A stretch of 64,000 bases of DNA. Origin: Tubiluchus corallicola. Taxonomy: Eukaryota > Animalia > Priapulida. Both the position numbers and the translations under genes were made by a program. The DNA is taken from positions 62,001-126,000 of the forward strand of contig JAQGDQ010000135.1 of assembly GCA_030141605.1 (NCBI GenBank), written 5' to 3'. Shown here piece after piece: positions 63,189 to 64,000 of this stretch (positions are counted from its first letter, which is position 1; each line of letters opens with the position of its first letter). The notes under the pieces are model-generated. The model ran no database searches. It was not told the DNA's origin and saw only the letters and a list, made by a program, of their open reading frames with translations.

Positions 63189-63227
63189 CAAAACGAAGAA
63201 AAAGTTCTTCACTTCTGTGAATTTCAT
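63189..63227 (-). CDS. Exon 1 (signal peptide, MKFTEVKNFFFVL) of a secreted low-complexity Tyr/Thr/Met-rich protein
   Basis: gcaATG start, 13 codons, phase-0 donor TTG|gtacgt. Joined to the 62134 acceptor it reads MKFTEVKNFFFVLAISSIIALCDVYS, a typical signal peptide. Confidence 0.75.
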
Positions 63228-64000
63228 TGCAGTAATTTCCGCGGTTTCTTCCTGCCACTTCCTCCGCACATCATTCTCCTCTATCTTTAACAAGCTTCCC
63301 GTCAAATTGAATGTTTTCAATTCGTAACTTTAAACAATGACCAGAGTAGTTCGGCTCTGCGCGCTCATGTTAATATACTGTTCTTTTAAAAAAACTAGCT
63401 TGCGTGGTACAAATGTAAGTGATTGCCCATAGACAAACGAGGAAAACTCGTTTACCGCTAATTAAACTGCAGCAATTAAGGAAAATTATCCCGTTTACAT
63501 GACCTATATACGACCCCAGCCTAAATAAGCACCACAATGATGCTTTTTTTCTGCTTATACATTTACACCGCAATTCCCTATCGATTATACAACGAAATGT
63601 AGGGGAGTAGGAGAAGAATAGAAATTGGGGCGCATGCATGTAAATAACAGCACGCATTTTACTCTCTGTTTCAAGGACAATTTAGCAAACGAAAAAAGGA
63701 AAAGAGTTCGCAAACGCGTGTGAAAGAGGTGCATATTGAAGAAGCCCTGTACTCTAATAAACTACCTTATTTTGTTAAAGAAGAAGTTGGAGGTTTTGAG
63801 CAATTTTAGATTTCTGGCACCAGCAGTTTTACTAGCGAGATAGTAAGCCTATAATTATAATTATGTTTGTCACTTCAGTGTTTTCTCACATACGACAGTA
63901 ACTACGTCACGGACATTCTTCTGATAATTAATAAGCAAGTTTTTAGATCAAAGGAAATAATTACAAGGCTTCGGAATGCTGGTCTGACACTAGTCGCACA

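Overview
AT-rich eukaryotic (invertebrate, probably protostome) genomic DNA; no prokaryotic systems or CRISPR arrays seen. The window is dominated by the 5' part of a giant Fat/Fat4-type cadherin gene on the minus strand. I reconstructed it by hand: one 5.1-kb coding exon (38491-43599), a 20.4-kb intron, then eight small exons with canonical GT-AG ends and mutually compatible phases. That gives about 2378 aa and about 22 cadherin repeats, and the gene runs off the left edge. Upstream lie a degenerate tRNA-like element, a decayed RTE-type LINE fragment, a plus-strand Arg/Lys/Ser-rich ORF, an intronless GT92-family glycosyltransferase and a two-exon secreted Tyr/Gly-, Thr- and Met-rich low-complexity protein whose real signal-peptide exon (63189-63227) is not linked in the ORF track. 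Best leads: the GT92 gene beside a candidate secreted glycoprotein substrate, an apparent 1-nt frameshift (or overlapping uORF) that splits the GT92 membrane anchor, and an ~87-bp intronic tandem repeat carrying paired Rel-like and octamer motifs. All homology calls come from motif recognition and memory; no searches were run. Nothing here is demonstrably a new system.
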